The notes under the pieces are model-generated. The model was not told where the DNA came from and made no database searches. It worked only from the letters and a program-made list of their open reading frames with translations. Below are positions 27,236 through 36,781 of a DNA stretch of 64,000 nt, one piece after another (within the stretch, counting starts at the first letter, position 1; every line of letters begins with the position of its first letter). A program made the position numbers and the translations under genes. Origin of the DNA: a virus (taxonomy: Duplodnaviria > Caudoviricetes); the IMG/VR virus record IMGVR_UViG_3300047160_001275, positions 12,250 to 76,249 of that record; one strand, written 5' to 3'.

Positions 27236-27721
27236 TTAGATCTCTTCTAAGCCAAGCTCCCAGCTATACAGCGCGGGATATTCGCTGAACGACGACGTGA
27301 TCTTGGACACCATCATGGTCAGCACCGGCCGGTAATAGGTGATGGTGCCCTGAGCGCGCGGCGAACCAGAAACCGCCGACCGCTGCGGGATCGCGCCTTG
27401 CGGAAAGGAAAGCTCGCAGGCGCACTCGACCTCGCATTGCTCGCCGAGCCACGCCCCGTCGAGGCACGGGCTTTCGCCGTCGCGGCAGGTGACGGTCGAA
27501 TGGTACTTGCGGAACCGTGGATCGGCGACCGATCGCATCCAGCCATTGACGTCTCGCCGTAGCCACGCGCTTCCCTGCCCGCCCGCGCCAGAGATCGGCT
27601 CCAAGGTCTGGGTGATGCCGCGCGCCGAATAGGGGGTGAGGGTCACCGCCGTCGAGCCAGACAGCGGGATCAGCACCAGAAGCGTGCCCTGCGGCAGGAG
27701 AAGCGGGGTCACGAGTACCAA
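27236..27721 (-). CDS. distal-tail-like protein
   Basis: Directly follows the tape measure gene; assignment by position only. Confidence 0.55.
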   Translation of the reverse strand: MVLVTPLLLPQGTLLVLIPLSGSTAVTLTPYSARGITQTLEPISGAGGQGSAWLRRDVNGWMRSVADPRFRKYHSTVTCRDGESPCLDGAWLGEQCEVECACELSFPQGAIPQRSAVSGSPRAQGTITYYRPVLTMMVSKITSSFSEYPALYSWELGLEEI

Positions 27722-30700
27722 GACGGACGGGTGCCCGTCGACGTGAGCTTGGCGCCGATGGCGGAATTGGTGATCGCGTCCATCACGCCCTGGCTGGCGG
27801 TAACCCCGAACTCGCCGCCGTCGGTGACCAGATTGAGGCTGTAGCTGGGGGTCGCGCCCATCCGGCCGAGGCTGCTCATGGAGCCGCCATAGAGGTCGGC
27901 GGTCGGCACCAGACCTTGAGCGAAGCCCATCTCGGCCTGCATCGCCTGCCGGGCCGCCATGGTGACGCCAGGCTGACGCATCGCCAGCGCCATCATCGAG
28001 CCAGAGAGCGAGATGTCTCGCGCCAAGGCGGGGTTCAGCGCGAGCGCCCCGGCGATGCTGAGCGGCGGGCCGCCAGCGCCCTCGCCAGCCGCCAGCGAGG
28101 TTAGGCCGGTGTATTGCTGCGACACTGCCCCAGGAGCCAACGGAGAAGCTCCAGAGAAGCCAAAGAACGGGCCGCCTGCGGCGAACCGGCCAGCGTTGAG
28201 CGCGTCGAACAGGCCGATCCCGTAGCGCGACACCGCCCCGCCGCCCATCAGGTATTCGCCGTTGGAGACCAGCGCCGGAACGAGGCCGCCGCCGCCGTAA
28301 AACTCGCCCGCCTCATAGCGCCGCGACCAGCCGAAACCCGCCTCGCTGCCTCCGGTCACCGGATTGAGGGAGCGCAGCCGACGCTCCCAATCTGGCATGG
28401 TTGCCTGCGGTCGCTGTGCAAGCGACGCCCAATACTGCCACCATGCCGCCGCTCGCTGGGCCGCCTCCAGCCTGCGCTTGGCCAGAGTTCCTTTCGGCAC
28501 GCCGAGACGATTCTCTTCTGCGGCGTCCTCGGTCGCCTGATCCGGCGCGCCTGCGCCGAAGCCAGAGAACGAGCCGAAAGCTCCCAGCGTCGGCTGATTG
28601 GGGAAATTGGGATCGGGGCCGATGACAGGGATCTTATTGATTACAGACACGCCTGGCATATTGCTGGTGTAGTCGATCACACCGCCGCCCTGGAAGCGGC
28701 GGCCGTTGAGCGCATTGAGCAACGGCAACCCGATCCGCGCCGTCTGAGCGGCGTTGATCACGTACTCGCCCGCCGACAGCATCATCGGGATCGAGTCCGA
28801 GGTGCCCGATCCCGGACCGACGATCAAGCCGCCTGCCGCCTGTCCAGCAGGCCCAGTGCCGTGGGGCTCCTCTGGTGTGACCCCGGTCGCGCCTTCCGGG
28901 TTCACCTGCTGCGGGATGGCGCCGCCGAAGCCATGCGGGCCGATGGTTATCGATTGGTTGATCGTATTCAGAATCCTATCCAGCGCCTCCAGCCCAGTCG
29001 CGGCCCGTCCCGCAGCGTCTCCGAGCCGCTTCAGGTCATCGGTGGCGGCGGGCATGGCCGCTAGGCCAGCCTTCACCTGTAGGATCTGCGACTGGAGATC
29101 GGCCATGGCGGCGGCGCGGCCATAGGCGCTGGATGGCTCATAACCTCCCAGCATGGTCTCCGCATACCGCCGCCGGATCGGCTCCAGTTCTGGGGCGACC
29201 TCGGTCATTTCAGGACCGATGGCGCGCAGCTTGCTCAGGAGTTCGACCGGAGCCATCCCGCCGAGCACGCGCGGGGTCAGGCCGAGCGCCTCGAACATCC
29301 TGAGCGCCGCCTGGGTCGACGGGCCGGGAGCCGCCCCTTCCTTTTCCTCTGGCACGTATTGACGGATGAACTGCGCCAACGCCGAGAACGGTTGGCCCTG
29401 AAATTGAGTGTTGGCGATGTCGAAGACGGCGGCGCGCAAGGTTTCAGGCCGCGCCGTCTGCAAGATGCCAGGGACATCGCCGCCCCGGATCATTTGCTCG
29501 ACCGGGCCAAGCTGCCGTCCACGCAAGTCTTCGGCCGCCCGCTCCGCTGCCCGCTCCCCCCTCTCCATCTGTTTGATCAGGTCGCGGGTGGCGTCGATAT
29601 TCTGCCGCGTCGTGTCGGCATTGCGCTGAAGCTGTTCCGCGAACGCCTGCGGTCCAGGCCCTCCGGTCGGGCTTAAGCCCCTCCCCTGATACTCGCGCGC
29701 CTTCTCTCCTTCTTCGACCGCGCGCTCACGGGCGGCGGTGGCTTCTCGCGACTGCAACGCCGCCGATTGAAGGTCCAATTGGTTAAGCTGATATTGCAGG
29801 TACTGCGCCATTTCCGGGTTGTCAGCGCCAGCCACCCGCATCTGGGTCTGGACTTCGCGGATCTGCGCCCGCTGCTCGGCGATGGCCGCCGACTCTGGCC
29901 GGAACTTCTCAAGCTCCTGCGCTTGCAGCCGCTGCTCCTCGGCTGCGTGCTCGCCCTCGATCGTCGCCTTGGCCTGGGCCTCGGTCGCCGACTCGATCGC
30001 GTCCTGAAGGCTGCGCTTGGAATCCGCCACCTTGCGGTCGGCGGCGACGATGGCGTCAGTCGCAGCCTCCGTCTCGTCCGCCGCGTCACGCTGGGAGCGG
30101 GCGATCTCCTGCATCGAGGCGCGGGACTCGGCAGCGACGCGAGCGTAGGCGCGCCCCAAGACCTCGACATGCGCGCCATGGCTGGCGAAATTGACCGCCA
30201 GCGCCGCCATCTGCTCGGCGGATATACCCGCCGTTTCCGCCATCTCGCGGAACCCGCCGACCAGTTCCTTGGCGTTGCGGGCGGCGATCTGCTCGGCCGT
30301 CTCGACCGCCGCCAGACCGGCGATGATCGCGGTGATCGGGCTGGCCAGCGCCGTCAGCGCCCGCGCCATGAACCCGATTGCGCCGCCAGCCTCGGTGGCC
30401 GCCGTGGTGATCTTGACGAAGCCTTCGGCGACCTCGGCCAGAGACCCCGCCTCCACGCCCTCGGAGATGATCTTCAGCGACTCGCCGAACTTCTTCATCC
30501 CCTCGCCAGCCTGGGTGGCGCTCTCTCCGGTCTCCTTTAACTTTTCCGGCAACCCGCGAAGGAAGCCGAGAATGCCGCTGAAAGCCCCGCCGCCAACGCC
30601 GCCTGCCGCACCGCCGCCCCCGCTCACCATGGCTTGCAACGCCTGGGCGACCGCCGCCGTGCCCGCCTGATGCGCGGTGGGCTCGTTCAGCGCTTGCCGG

Positions 30701-30984
30701 ATCGCGGCCATCCCGGCGCGATGGGCGCGTTGCGTGTGCTCGACGAAAGCCTTGCCGTATGCCTCCCCGTGCCGAGCCCCTTCGCGTTGAAGCGCCTCCC
30801 CAATTGGGGACATTCCTTTGACGATGTCGTCAGACTTAATCGCCTTCGAGACATCGATCTGACCGAGCGCCTGCTCGACCCCTTGCTTGATCTTCGACCC
30901 GGTTTGCGACGCCTTCTGAGCGACGTCCGAGTCGTCGTACTGGACTTTGATCGTAAAGACGTCGCTGGTGTCGTCGTCAGCCAT
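27709..30984 (-). CDS. tape measure protein
   Basis: 1091 aa, Ala/Gly/Glu-rich helical; GPGSGTSDSIPMMLSAGEYVINA C-terminal motif; synteny. Confidence 0.85.
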   Translation of the reverse strand: MADDDTSDVFTIKVQYDDSDVAQKASQTGSKIKQGVEQALGQIDVSKAIKSDDIVKGMSPIGEALQREGARHGEAYGKAFVEHTQRAHRAGMAAIRQALNEPTAHQAGTAAVAQALQAMVSGGGGAAGGVGGGAFSGILGFLRGLPEKLKETGESATQAGEGMKKFGESLKIISEGVEAGSLAEVAEGFVKITTAATEAGGAIGFMARALTALASPITAIIAGLAAVETAEQIAARNAKELVGGFREMAETAGISAEQMAALAVNFASHGAHVEVLGRAYARVAAESRASMQEIARSQRDAADETEAATDAIVAADRKVADSKRSLQDAIESATEAQAKATIEGEHAAEEQRLQAQELEKFRPESAAIAEQRAQIREVQTQMRVAGADNPEMAQYLQYQLNQLDLQSAALQSREATAARERAVEEGEKAREYQGRGLSPTGGPGPQAFAEQLQRNADTTRQNIDATRDLIKQMERGERAAERAAEDLRGRQLGPVEQMIRGGDVPGILQTARPETLRAAVFDIANTQFQGQPFSALAQFIRQYVPEEKEGAAPGPSTQAALRMFEALGLTPRVLGGMAPVELLSKLRAIGPEMTEVAPELEPIRRRYAETMLGGYEPSSAYGRAAAMADLQSQILQVKAGLAAMPAATDDLKRLGDAAGRAATGLEALDRILNTINQSITIGPHGFGGAIPQQVNPEGATGVTPEEPHGTGPAGQAAGGLIVGPGSGTSDSIPMMLSAGEYVINAAQTARIGLPLLNALNGRRFQGGGVIDYTSNMPGVSVINKIPVIGPDPNFPNQPTLGAFGSFSGFGAGAPDQATEDAAEENRLGVPKGTLAKRRLEAAQRAAAWWQYWASLAQRPQATMPDWERRLRSLNPVTGGSEAGFGWSRRYEAGEFYGGGGLVPALVSNGEYLMGGGAVSRYGIGLFDALNAGRFAAGGPFFGFSGASPLAPGAVSQQYTGLTSLAAGEGAGGPPLSIAGALALNPALARDISLSGSMMALAMRQPGVTMAARQAMQAEMGFAQGLVPTADLYGGSMSSLGRMGATPSYSLNLVTDGGEFGVTASQGVMDAITNSAIGAKLTSTGTRPSWYS

Positions 30985-31597
30985 TGCGGGTGGCTTTCAT
31001 CTTCGCCTTGAACAGGAGCGGCAGCTTCTTGGCCGCCGCCAGCGAGATCGGGCGCAGGTGGAATTTTTGCGGGATGGTCACCGACTCCTTGCCGAAATAT
31101 TTCGGCTGCTTGTCTTCGGCGCTCAGCAAGAGCGGCGCGAGATAGCCGCCAGCGAACCGGCCTGTCGTCGGATTGCGCTTCTGCCCGCGCCAGCCAGCGC
31201 CGCTCTGACGGGTGCGATCGACCCTAAACAACCGGCCGGGATAGTCGCGCGCCCAGATTCCCTGGGCGTCCTGGGCGAACGGCAGCGGTATCCACAAGAG
31301 CGGCTTGCCTCGGATGACCGCCCCGTACTCGAACACGGTCCAGTAGGGCACGTCCTCAATCACGTCGATCTTGACCTGCCCGCCGCCCTCGGAGATGTCG
31401 GCGTGAAAGCCGTCGATCCAGCGCGAGCCGAACCTGCCCGCCCGCTCGATATCGGCGCGGCCCTCGGTCTCGATCTCGGTCGCCACATCCTTGGCCGAGG
31501 CGCGCAGGGCGTCACGGCCGCGCTTGCCCCATCGGTTCGAGGCGCGCTTGAACACCTCGGTGATCTGGTTGTCGTCGACGTAGATGCGGACCTTCAT
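30977..31597 (-). CDS. HK97 gp10-like tail completion protein
   Basis: ALRASAKDVATEIE...YWTVFEYGAVI. Confidence 0.55.
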   Translation of the reverse strand: MKVRIYVDDNQITEVFKRASNRWGKRGRDALRASAKDVATEIETEGRADIERAGRFGSRWIDGFHADISEGGGQVKIDVIEDVPYWTVFEYGAVIRGKPLLWIPLPFAQDAQGIWARDYPGRLFRVDRTRQSGAGWRGQKRNPTTGRFAGGYLAPLLLSAEDKQPKYFGKESVTIPQKFHLRPISLAAAKKLPLLFKAKMKATRNG

Positions 31598-31823
31598 GTC
31601 TGCCGCTCGATCTCGTTGAGCCGCTCCTTGACCGACTCGGCGGCGCCCCGCGCGCCCAAAGCCGCCGTGTGGATGGCGAACGCCTGATCGAGCAGCCTGC
31701 GCCGGTCGGCGAAGAACATGGTCGCCGCTAGCTGGCGGGGGGTGAGTTCCCAGACTCGGTCGTCGAGGGGTGCGCCGCAGGCGGCGGCGGCGTAGGCGAT
31801 CTCGTACCCTGGCCCCTTGAAGG
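31594..31823 (-). CDS. tail assembly chaperone gpT-like segment (-1 frame relative to upstream gene)
   Basis: VWELTPRQLAA motif in the -1 frame overlapping the 3' end of 31728..32213; 5' boundary uncertain. Confidence 0.45.
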
Positions 31824-32213
31824 AGCGACGGTGAGATGCTCCATCAGCGCCCCCAGGCGCGTGACGAAAGGGCCGAAGCCTCTGGAGAAGGTGAGCTTGA
31901 GCGACTCCGTGATCACGTAGCTCTGATCCTCGGCGGTGAGGTTCTCCTCGGCCGACTTCTCCGCTTCGGAATCGTTGTGGTTGCCGCAGGCAGAGGCGAT
32001 CCACGCCGCGATCGCGCCCGGCGTCGCCTTGAGCGCGTCGGCTGGCGACAGGTTGCCGCCGATGGACATGGTGGCGAGCGGCGGGAACCGCTCCAGATGA
32101 TCGCAGATCTCGCGCGCCGACAGTCCCTGAACCCTGAGTCCTTGCTCGCCGCCGTCGATCGGCACCAGCGCGGACTTGCGCCGCAGGTCAGAGAGGCTGA
32201 TCGGCTCGGTCAC
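31728..32213 (-). CDS. tail assembly chaperone (gpG-like)
   Basis: GTG start overlapping the tube-protein stop; lies between the tube and tape measure genes. Confidence 0.65.
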   Translation of the reverse strand: MTEPISLSDLRRKSALVPIDGGEQGLRVQGLSAREICDHLERFPPLATMSIGGNLSPADALKATPGAIAAWIASACGNHNDSEAEKSAEENLTAEDQSYVITESLKLTFSRGFGPFVTRLGALMEHLTVAPSRGQGTRSPTPPPPAAHPSTTESGNSPPAS

Positions 32214-32818
32214 GGGTGGGCGTTGGGCGAGTAGAGCCAGCCGAATTGGCCGCTCGTCTGATCGAACAAGACGTCGCCCTCCATGTCGATCGCCGACCAT
32301 GTCCCGGTGCCCTCCGAGATCATCTGGAAGGCGGCGGCTGGCGACAGCAGCACCAATGGAAACACCGCGTTCCATTGCGGCCCGACGCTCGACGTGTCGG
32401 TGAAATTGAGCGAGGCGTAGTATTGTGGGTTGGTCATCAGGTCGACCGAGCCGGTCGCCGACTCCAGCGGGAAGCCCAGGCAGTACATCGCCATATTCCT
32501 GACCGTGGCCTCTTCAAGGCTCATGGTCAGTTTTGCATCCAATTGCGTCACCACCGTCAGATCTTTCTTGCGAATGCCGACGCGCGACGAGTAGTGGTCG
32601 AGGCGGGTGACGTTATTAATGAACGTGAACCGCGTGCAGTTGCCCATGTCTTGATAGGTCGACTCGCCTTGCAGCCTCATCGACAGATAACCTCTGCCGA
32701 CCCTGTAGTTGCCGACATTGGGCGAGGAGCCGGTCGGCAGGTTCATAGGCATCACGCCGGGGCCGCGCGGAGTTCCGCCTTGGTCGATACCGGCGACATT
32801 GATTGCAGGCGCAGCCAT
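32210..32818 (-). CDS. major tail tube protein
   Basis: NYRVGRGYL...DMGNC...LDHYSSRVG...LEEAT; synteny. Confidence 0.75.
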   Translation of the reverse strand: MAAPAINVAGIDQGGTPRGPGVMPMNLPTGSSPNVGNYRVGRGYLSMRLQGESTYQDMGNCTRFTFINNVTRLDHYSSRVGIRKKDLTVVTQLDAKLTMSLEEATVRNMAMYCLGFPLESATGSVDLMTNPQYYASLNFTDTSSVGPQWNAVFPLVLLSPAAAFQMISEGTGTWSAIDMEGDVLFDQTSGQFGWLYSPNAHP

Positions 32819-32892
32819 GGGTCATTGCTCCTTCGGGAGGGCGCGCGGGAGCGTCCCGCCACGCGGGGTGAGAGGGGTTCAGGGTGGGAGGA

Positions 32893-33405
32893 TCAGCGGC
32901 CGGTCAGAACTTGCGGCGGCTGCCAGATATAGTGGAAATCAATGAATAGCTGGAGTTCGCCGCGCAGCAGGCGGCCGGTCGCCATGTCGGTCTGGCTGCC
33001 CCGGTAGACGATCTGGCCCGACGTAGTCAGCATCGACACCAAGGTTGGGTCATTGACTAGATGCGCCAGCACCACGTCGCGCCAGCCGCTGAGTTCCGGC
33101 CCGATCGGGTCGTCCTGGCCGTCGAGGGTCAGGTTGGTGGCGTCGTCGCGCTCCCGGCAGATGACGAAGATCTGCGGCTGGAGGCGGAAGATCGCGGGCG
33201 TCATCTGCACGCTCTTGAGCGGCGGGATATTGGAGACGATGTCCTCGCGCCCGTCCAAGACCACGATCGCGGGCAATTTCTCGTCGCCCATCAATCCTCG
33301 GTCGCGATAGACGCCCATGACCCCGGAGATCGAGCCCAGGACGGCGACGATCTGCGCCAGGATCTGCTCGCGGGTGGCGATGGCCTGGGCGGCGAGAACG
33401 TTCAT
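32893..33405 (-). CDS. tail terminator-like protein
   Basis: REQILAQIVAVL...LPAIVVLDG; position before the tube gene. Confidence 0.6.
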   Translation of the reverse strand: MNVLAAQAIATREQILAQIVAVLGSISGVMGVYRDRGLMGDEKLPAIVVLDGREDIVSNIPPLKSVQMTPAIFRLQPQIFVICRERDDATNLTLDGQDDPIGPELSGWRDVVLAHLVNDPTLVSMLTTSGQIVYRGSQTDMATGRLLRGELQLFIDFHYIWQPPQVLTGR

Positions 33406-33548
33406 GGCATTGTCGAACAATGACCGAGCGCACGCCCATCCGAGATGAGACTGGACTCCAGTTCGAACGGTGGACGGTCCTCAGATTCTCGCACAAGAAT
33501 CATCGGCTTCAGCCTTACTGGTTACGTGATTATTGCTTTTAGACATCG

Positions 33549-33720
33549 GAAGCAACATTCGCAGGCGACCGCTCTGAAAAATCTGCGCTGATCTAGACAA
33601 TCTGCGCTTCTCTTTCTTCCTGCCTCGCCGAGGCTCGTTTCACGCGCGGCTTGCGCTGCGCGCCAGAGCGTTCCTCTCCGCAGGCTGTCGCCGCAGAGCT
33701 TGCGGCGTAGAGTGAGAGAT
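33549..33720 (-). ncRNA. predicted TnpB omegaRNA scaffold plus ~20-nt guide (TCGCCTGCGAATGTTGCTTC)
   Basis: Established rule that the omegaRNA derives from the tnpB 3' end and right end, with the guide from flanking DNA; right end inferred at ...TTTTTCAGAGCGG (GG at 33570-33569). Boundaries approximate. Confidence 0.5.
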
Positions 33721-34771
33721 TGACCGCCGCGTTGACGTCGCGGTCAGCCTCGAAACCGCAATCGGCGCACTCAAAAATCTCTGCGCCGCGAGCCAACGTC
33801 GCCTTGACGACGCCGCAGCAAGAACAGGTCTTGCTCGATGGATACCAGCGGTCGACCATCACCATGGTCGAGCCGTAGAGCTTGGTCTTGTAGTCCAACT
33901 GGCGGCGGAACTCGTGAAAGCCGCCGTCCATAACCGAACGCGCGATGTTGCCGCTCGCCATGCCGCGCACGTTGAGGTCCTCGACGCCGATCGCCTGATA
34001 GGTCTTGGCCAACCGAGTGGTCAGTTTGTGGGTTGCGTCGCGCCGGATGTTGGCGATACGAGCGTGCAGGCGCGCCAGACGACGCTTGGCCTTCCTGAAA
34101 TTGGCCGAGCCGCGCCGCTTGTGGGCGAGCGCTTTGTTGGCGCGACGAAGCCGTTTCAGCGCCGCCTTGTGCGCCTTCGGCCCTTCGATCTTCTCTCCGG
34201 TCGACAGCGTCGCCAGCGTGCGGCAGCCGAGATCGACGCCGACGACGGCTTCCGGCTGCTCGACTGGCTGGATGTCGTCCGTCTCGATCATGATCGAGGC
34301 GAACCAACGGTCGGCCTCGCGCGCCACCGTGACGCGCTTTAGAGCGCCGCTGAAGCGGACGCTCTCGCGCATTCTGACCCAGCCGATCACCGGGAGCTTG
34401 ATCTTTTCGCCGTCGCAACGGAACGTCCCGACCTCGTTGGCGGCGCAGAACGACGCCTTGCCGTCCTTGCGCTTGAACTGGGGATACTTGCCGCGCTTGG
34501 CGAAGAACGCCTTGAACGCCATGCCGACGTCGATCACGGCCTCCTGCGCAGCACACTTGGTGACGTCGAAATACCAAGGGAATTGTTCACGCTTGAGCGC
34601 GTTCAATTGCCGCCGCAATGAGACTTCGGACGGTTTCAAGCCGAGCGCGTACTGACGCTTCCATTCGCCCAAGGCCCAATTGTAGGCGTGGCGAGCCGTT
34701 CCGGCAGCACGAGCGAAATAGACTTCCTGTTCTGCGTTAGGTGCAAGTGCGATCTTATGCGCCAACAGCAT
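33593..34771 (-). CDS. tnpB: RNA-guided endonuclease TnpB (IS607-associated type)
   Basis: AHKIALAPN HTH, GVDLG (RuvC-I), VEDLNV (RuvC-II), SSKTCSCCG...CADCG zinc finger, DRDVNAA (RuvC-III). Confidence 0.95.
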   Translation of the reverse strand: MLLAHKIALAPNAEQEVYFARAAGTARHAYNWALGEWKRQYALGLKPSEVSLRRQLNALKREQFPWYFDVTKCAAQEAVIDVGMAFKAFFAKRGKYPQFKRKDGKASFCAANEVGTFRCDGEKIKLPVIGWVRMRESVRFSGALKRVTVAREADRWFASIMIETDDIQPVEQPEAVVGVDLGCRTLATLSTGEKIEGPKAHKAALKRLRRANKALAHKRRGSANFRKAKRRLARLHARIANIRRDATHKLTTRLAKTYQAIGVEDLNVRGMASGNIARSVMDGGFHEFRRQLDYKTKLYGSTMVMVDRWYPSSKTCSCCGVVKATLARGAEIFECADCGFEADRDVNAAVNLSLYAASSAATACGEERSGAQRKPRVKRASARQEEREAQIV

Positions 34772-34982
34772 GGCCGTTCGCTTCGCTGAAAGCCTCGATC
34801 AATTTCTTGGTCTTGTGGGAGCGCGCCCCATAGAGCCGCGCCGAGAACACCGTGATGATCTCCAGCACGTTGGCGGCGAGGAACAGGTTCCAGACCGCGC
34901 GGCATTGCCCGCCGATCCGCGCCACAGCGCCAAGCCCGCCGCCATAGAGCCGTCCCTTCGCCGCTTGCATGACGGTGGTCAT
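34755..34982 (-). pseudogene. chimeric ORF: TnpB-like N-terminus fused to IS607 TnpA C-terminus
   Basis: MQAAKGRLY...GQCRAVWNLFLA (OrfB HTH-like) joined to VLEIITVFSARLYGARSHK (IS607 TnpA C-terminus). Confidence 0.7.
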
Positions 34983-35008
34983 GCGAACAACTCGCGCAAG
35001 CGGAGCTA

Positions 35009-35398
35009 TTAGCGACGAAGTGAGAGCTTCCAGAACACCAGAGTGCCCGCTGGCTTGATCGGCTCTGGGCGGACGATGATGCGCAGGTTCTCATCCTCGA
35101 CCGGGACATCTCCGAGCGGCTGCAAGAACGTAATCAGCCGGTCGAGGTCGTGATCAGGCGGCGGATTGATCGGGGCCAGAAGCGCCATCCTGACCAAGGG
35201 ATCGGCGAGGCCGCCCATCATCTCGCGCGCGTTCCAGCGGCGCAGGAACACCCTGACCCAGCGGTCCTGGGCGTTGAGTTGGCCGCCCCGACGCAGGATC
35301 GCAGGCTGTCCGTGCTGGGCGATGATCGCCGCGCATTGCTGCGACAAAGCCCAGTAGTTGAACGGCGCGGCGGGGTGGGGGATCGGCAGCGGGATCAT
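35009..35398 (-). CDS. head closure protein
   Basis: IIAQHGQPAILRR...; follows the DUF4054-like gene. Confidence 0.6.
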   Translation of the reverse strand: MIPLPIPHPAAPFNYWALSQQCAAIIAQHGQPAILRRGGQLNAQDRWVRVFLRRWNAREMMGGLADPLVRMALLAPINPPPDHDLDRLITFLQPLGDVPVEDENLRIIVRPEPIKPAGTLVFWKLSLRR

Positions 35399-35769
35399 AC
35401 CAGGCCTACCGCCGGGATCTTGAGCGAGCAGATCTCAAGGAACCGCACGCCGAACGGAGTGGTGGCGAGGTCGGTGTGATCGGCCAGGGTGGGCGGCGGC
35501 ACCGTCTCGTAGCTGTAGGAGATCTCGCCGCCGACGCTGACCGAGCGCAGCACCTGCCCCGCCCCCCCGGCCAGGGTCTGCATCGCCCGCATGACGATGT
35601 GGGCGACATAATAGAGGAACGCCATCAGATACCAGTCATCGAACACCGACGGGTCGACCGAGAGGTTGGCCTCCTCGATCGCGAACTCGATCAGGGCGTC
35701 CTCGACATTGCGAAAGACGGGGAAGCGGATCTTGACCGAGGCTGCGGTGATGGCGTTCGGCAGACTCAT
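35395..35769 (-). CDS. DUF4054-like head-tail adaptor
   Basis: KIRFPVF...YYVAH...SVGGEISYSY...TTPFGVRFL. Confidence 0.75.
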   Translation of the reverse strand: MSLPNAITAASVKIRFPVFRNVEDALIEFAIEEANLSVDPSVFDDWYLMAFLYYVAHIVMRAMQTLAGGAGQVLRSVSVGGEISYSYETVPPPTLADHTDLATTPFGVRFLEICSLKIPAVGLV

Positions 35770-35805
35770 GGCGTCGTCTCCATGATTCGGGAACAAAGCG
35801 CCGCG

Positions 35806-36774
35806 TCATTCCACATTATACGGAGGGCCGCCTTTGTATGGATGTCCTGCCGGAAGGTTAGCTTGCATCCCCCACTTCCAAGCGAGGTAGCCTTCGAGCT
35901 TCTGGCGGTCGGCGGTTGTAACGCCAGCGCATGCTATCGCTTCGCCATAAGTGCCGGAAGTAAACGGATGCCCATAGGCCGTGCCAAACCGAACCTGATC
36001 GCCAGTGGACCCGTAAGAAGTTGCGCCAGCTGGCTGGCTATTCGTGACAACTGTTCCATTGTTACTTTCAACCAGCGCATCGCTCGGACGATCATAATTG
36101 CGGATAAACACAACTGGGGTAGTCGTTTGCGGAAATGCTGAGCCTAATGCTGCTTGCGTGGACCCATCTCCGATATAAACCCCCCCGCTTTCATCGTATA
36201 TTGGGTCAGCGTTGTACGGAGAGGCAGACAACACTTGGGAAAACAATCCACCATGAAAATTGACGGTGTTTGCCGTAACCACATAGGCGCAGCTTACGGC
36301 AGTGGGGAATTGGCCAGTGGGAATAGATAATTGCAAGTAATTGTTCGTTCCATTGAACGTCAGCGCCGGATAGCCGTTCAGCCCCGTTGCATTATAGGTT
36401 GGCTGGTAAGCGGCAGTCCCCTGCACGGCGTTGTAGCCATGCCCGCTCTGATCGTTCCATTGCGATACAGTCAAACCATTGAGGATAATGCTCGATGTAT
36501 TTTGTGCGTCGTACCAAGCAACGAGGTTAGACATGAGGGCAGGTGTCCAAGCCGCTGCAAAATGCTCATAGTCCCACAACGCCCTAACCGGATCGAGATA
36601 GGCGGCCTTGGAGAACACCGGCTGACCGAGCGCCGCCTCGATGTGCCTCATGGCGTCGACTGGGTCCAGATAGGTGTGCGGCGGGAACAGCATCGGACTG
36701 TTCAACTGGATCGCAATCTGTCTCATCGTCAGCGCCGGATCGAGATAGCTATATTGGGTGAACGGAACGATCAT
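35806..36774 (-). CDS. lectin/LamG-like virion protein with three N-terminal YLDP repeats
   Basis: LVAWYDA...VSQWNDQSG...QPTY...RQKLEGYLAWKWG; visibly lower GC than the flanks. Confidence 0.7.
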   Translation of the reverse strand: MIVPFTQYSYLDPALTMRQIAIQLNSPMLFPPHTYLDPVDAMRHIEAALGQPVFSKAAYLDPVRALWDYEHFAAAWTPALMSNLVAWYDAQNTSSIILNGLTVSQWNDQSGHGYNAVQGTAAYQPTYNATGLNGYPALTFNGTNNYLQLSIPTGQFPTAVSCAYVVTANTVNFHGGLFSQVLSASPYNADPIYDESGGVYIGDGSTQAALGSAFPQTTTPVVFIRNYDRPSDALVESNNGTVVTNSQPAGATSYGSTGDQVRFGTAYGHPFTSGTYGEAIACAGVTTADRQKLEGYLAWKWGMQANLPAGHPYKGGPPYNVE

Positions 36775-36781
36775 GGCCGCC

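Larger units (their letters stand above)
33569..35008 (-). mobile_element. non-autonomous IS607-family element (tnpB plus truncated tnpA remnant)
   Basis: tnpB, C-terminal tnpA fragment and GG right end, inserted between neck genes; no intact left end or serine recombinase. Confidence 0.8.
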
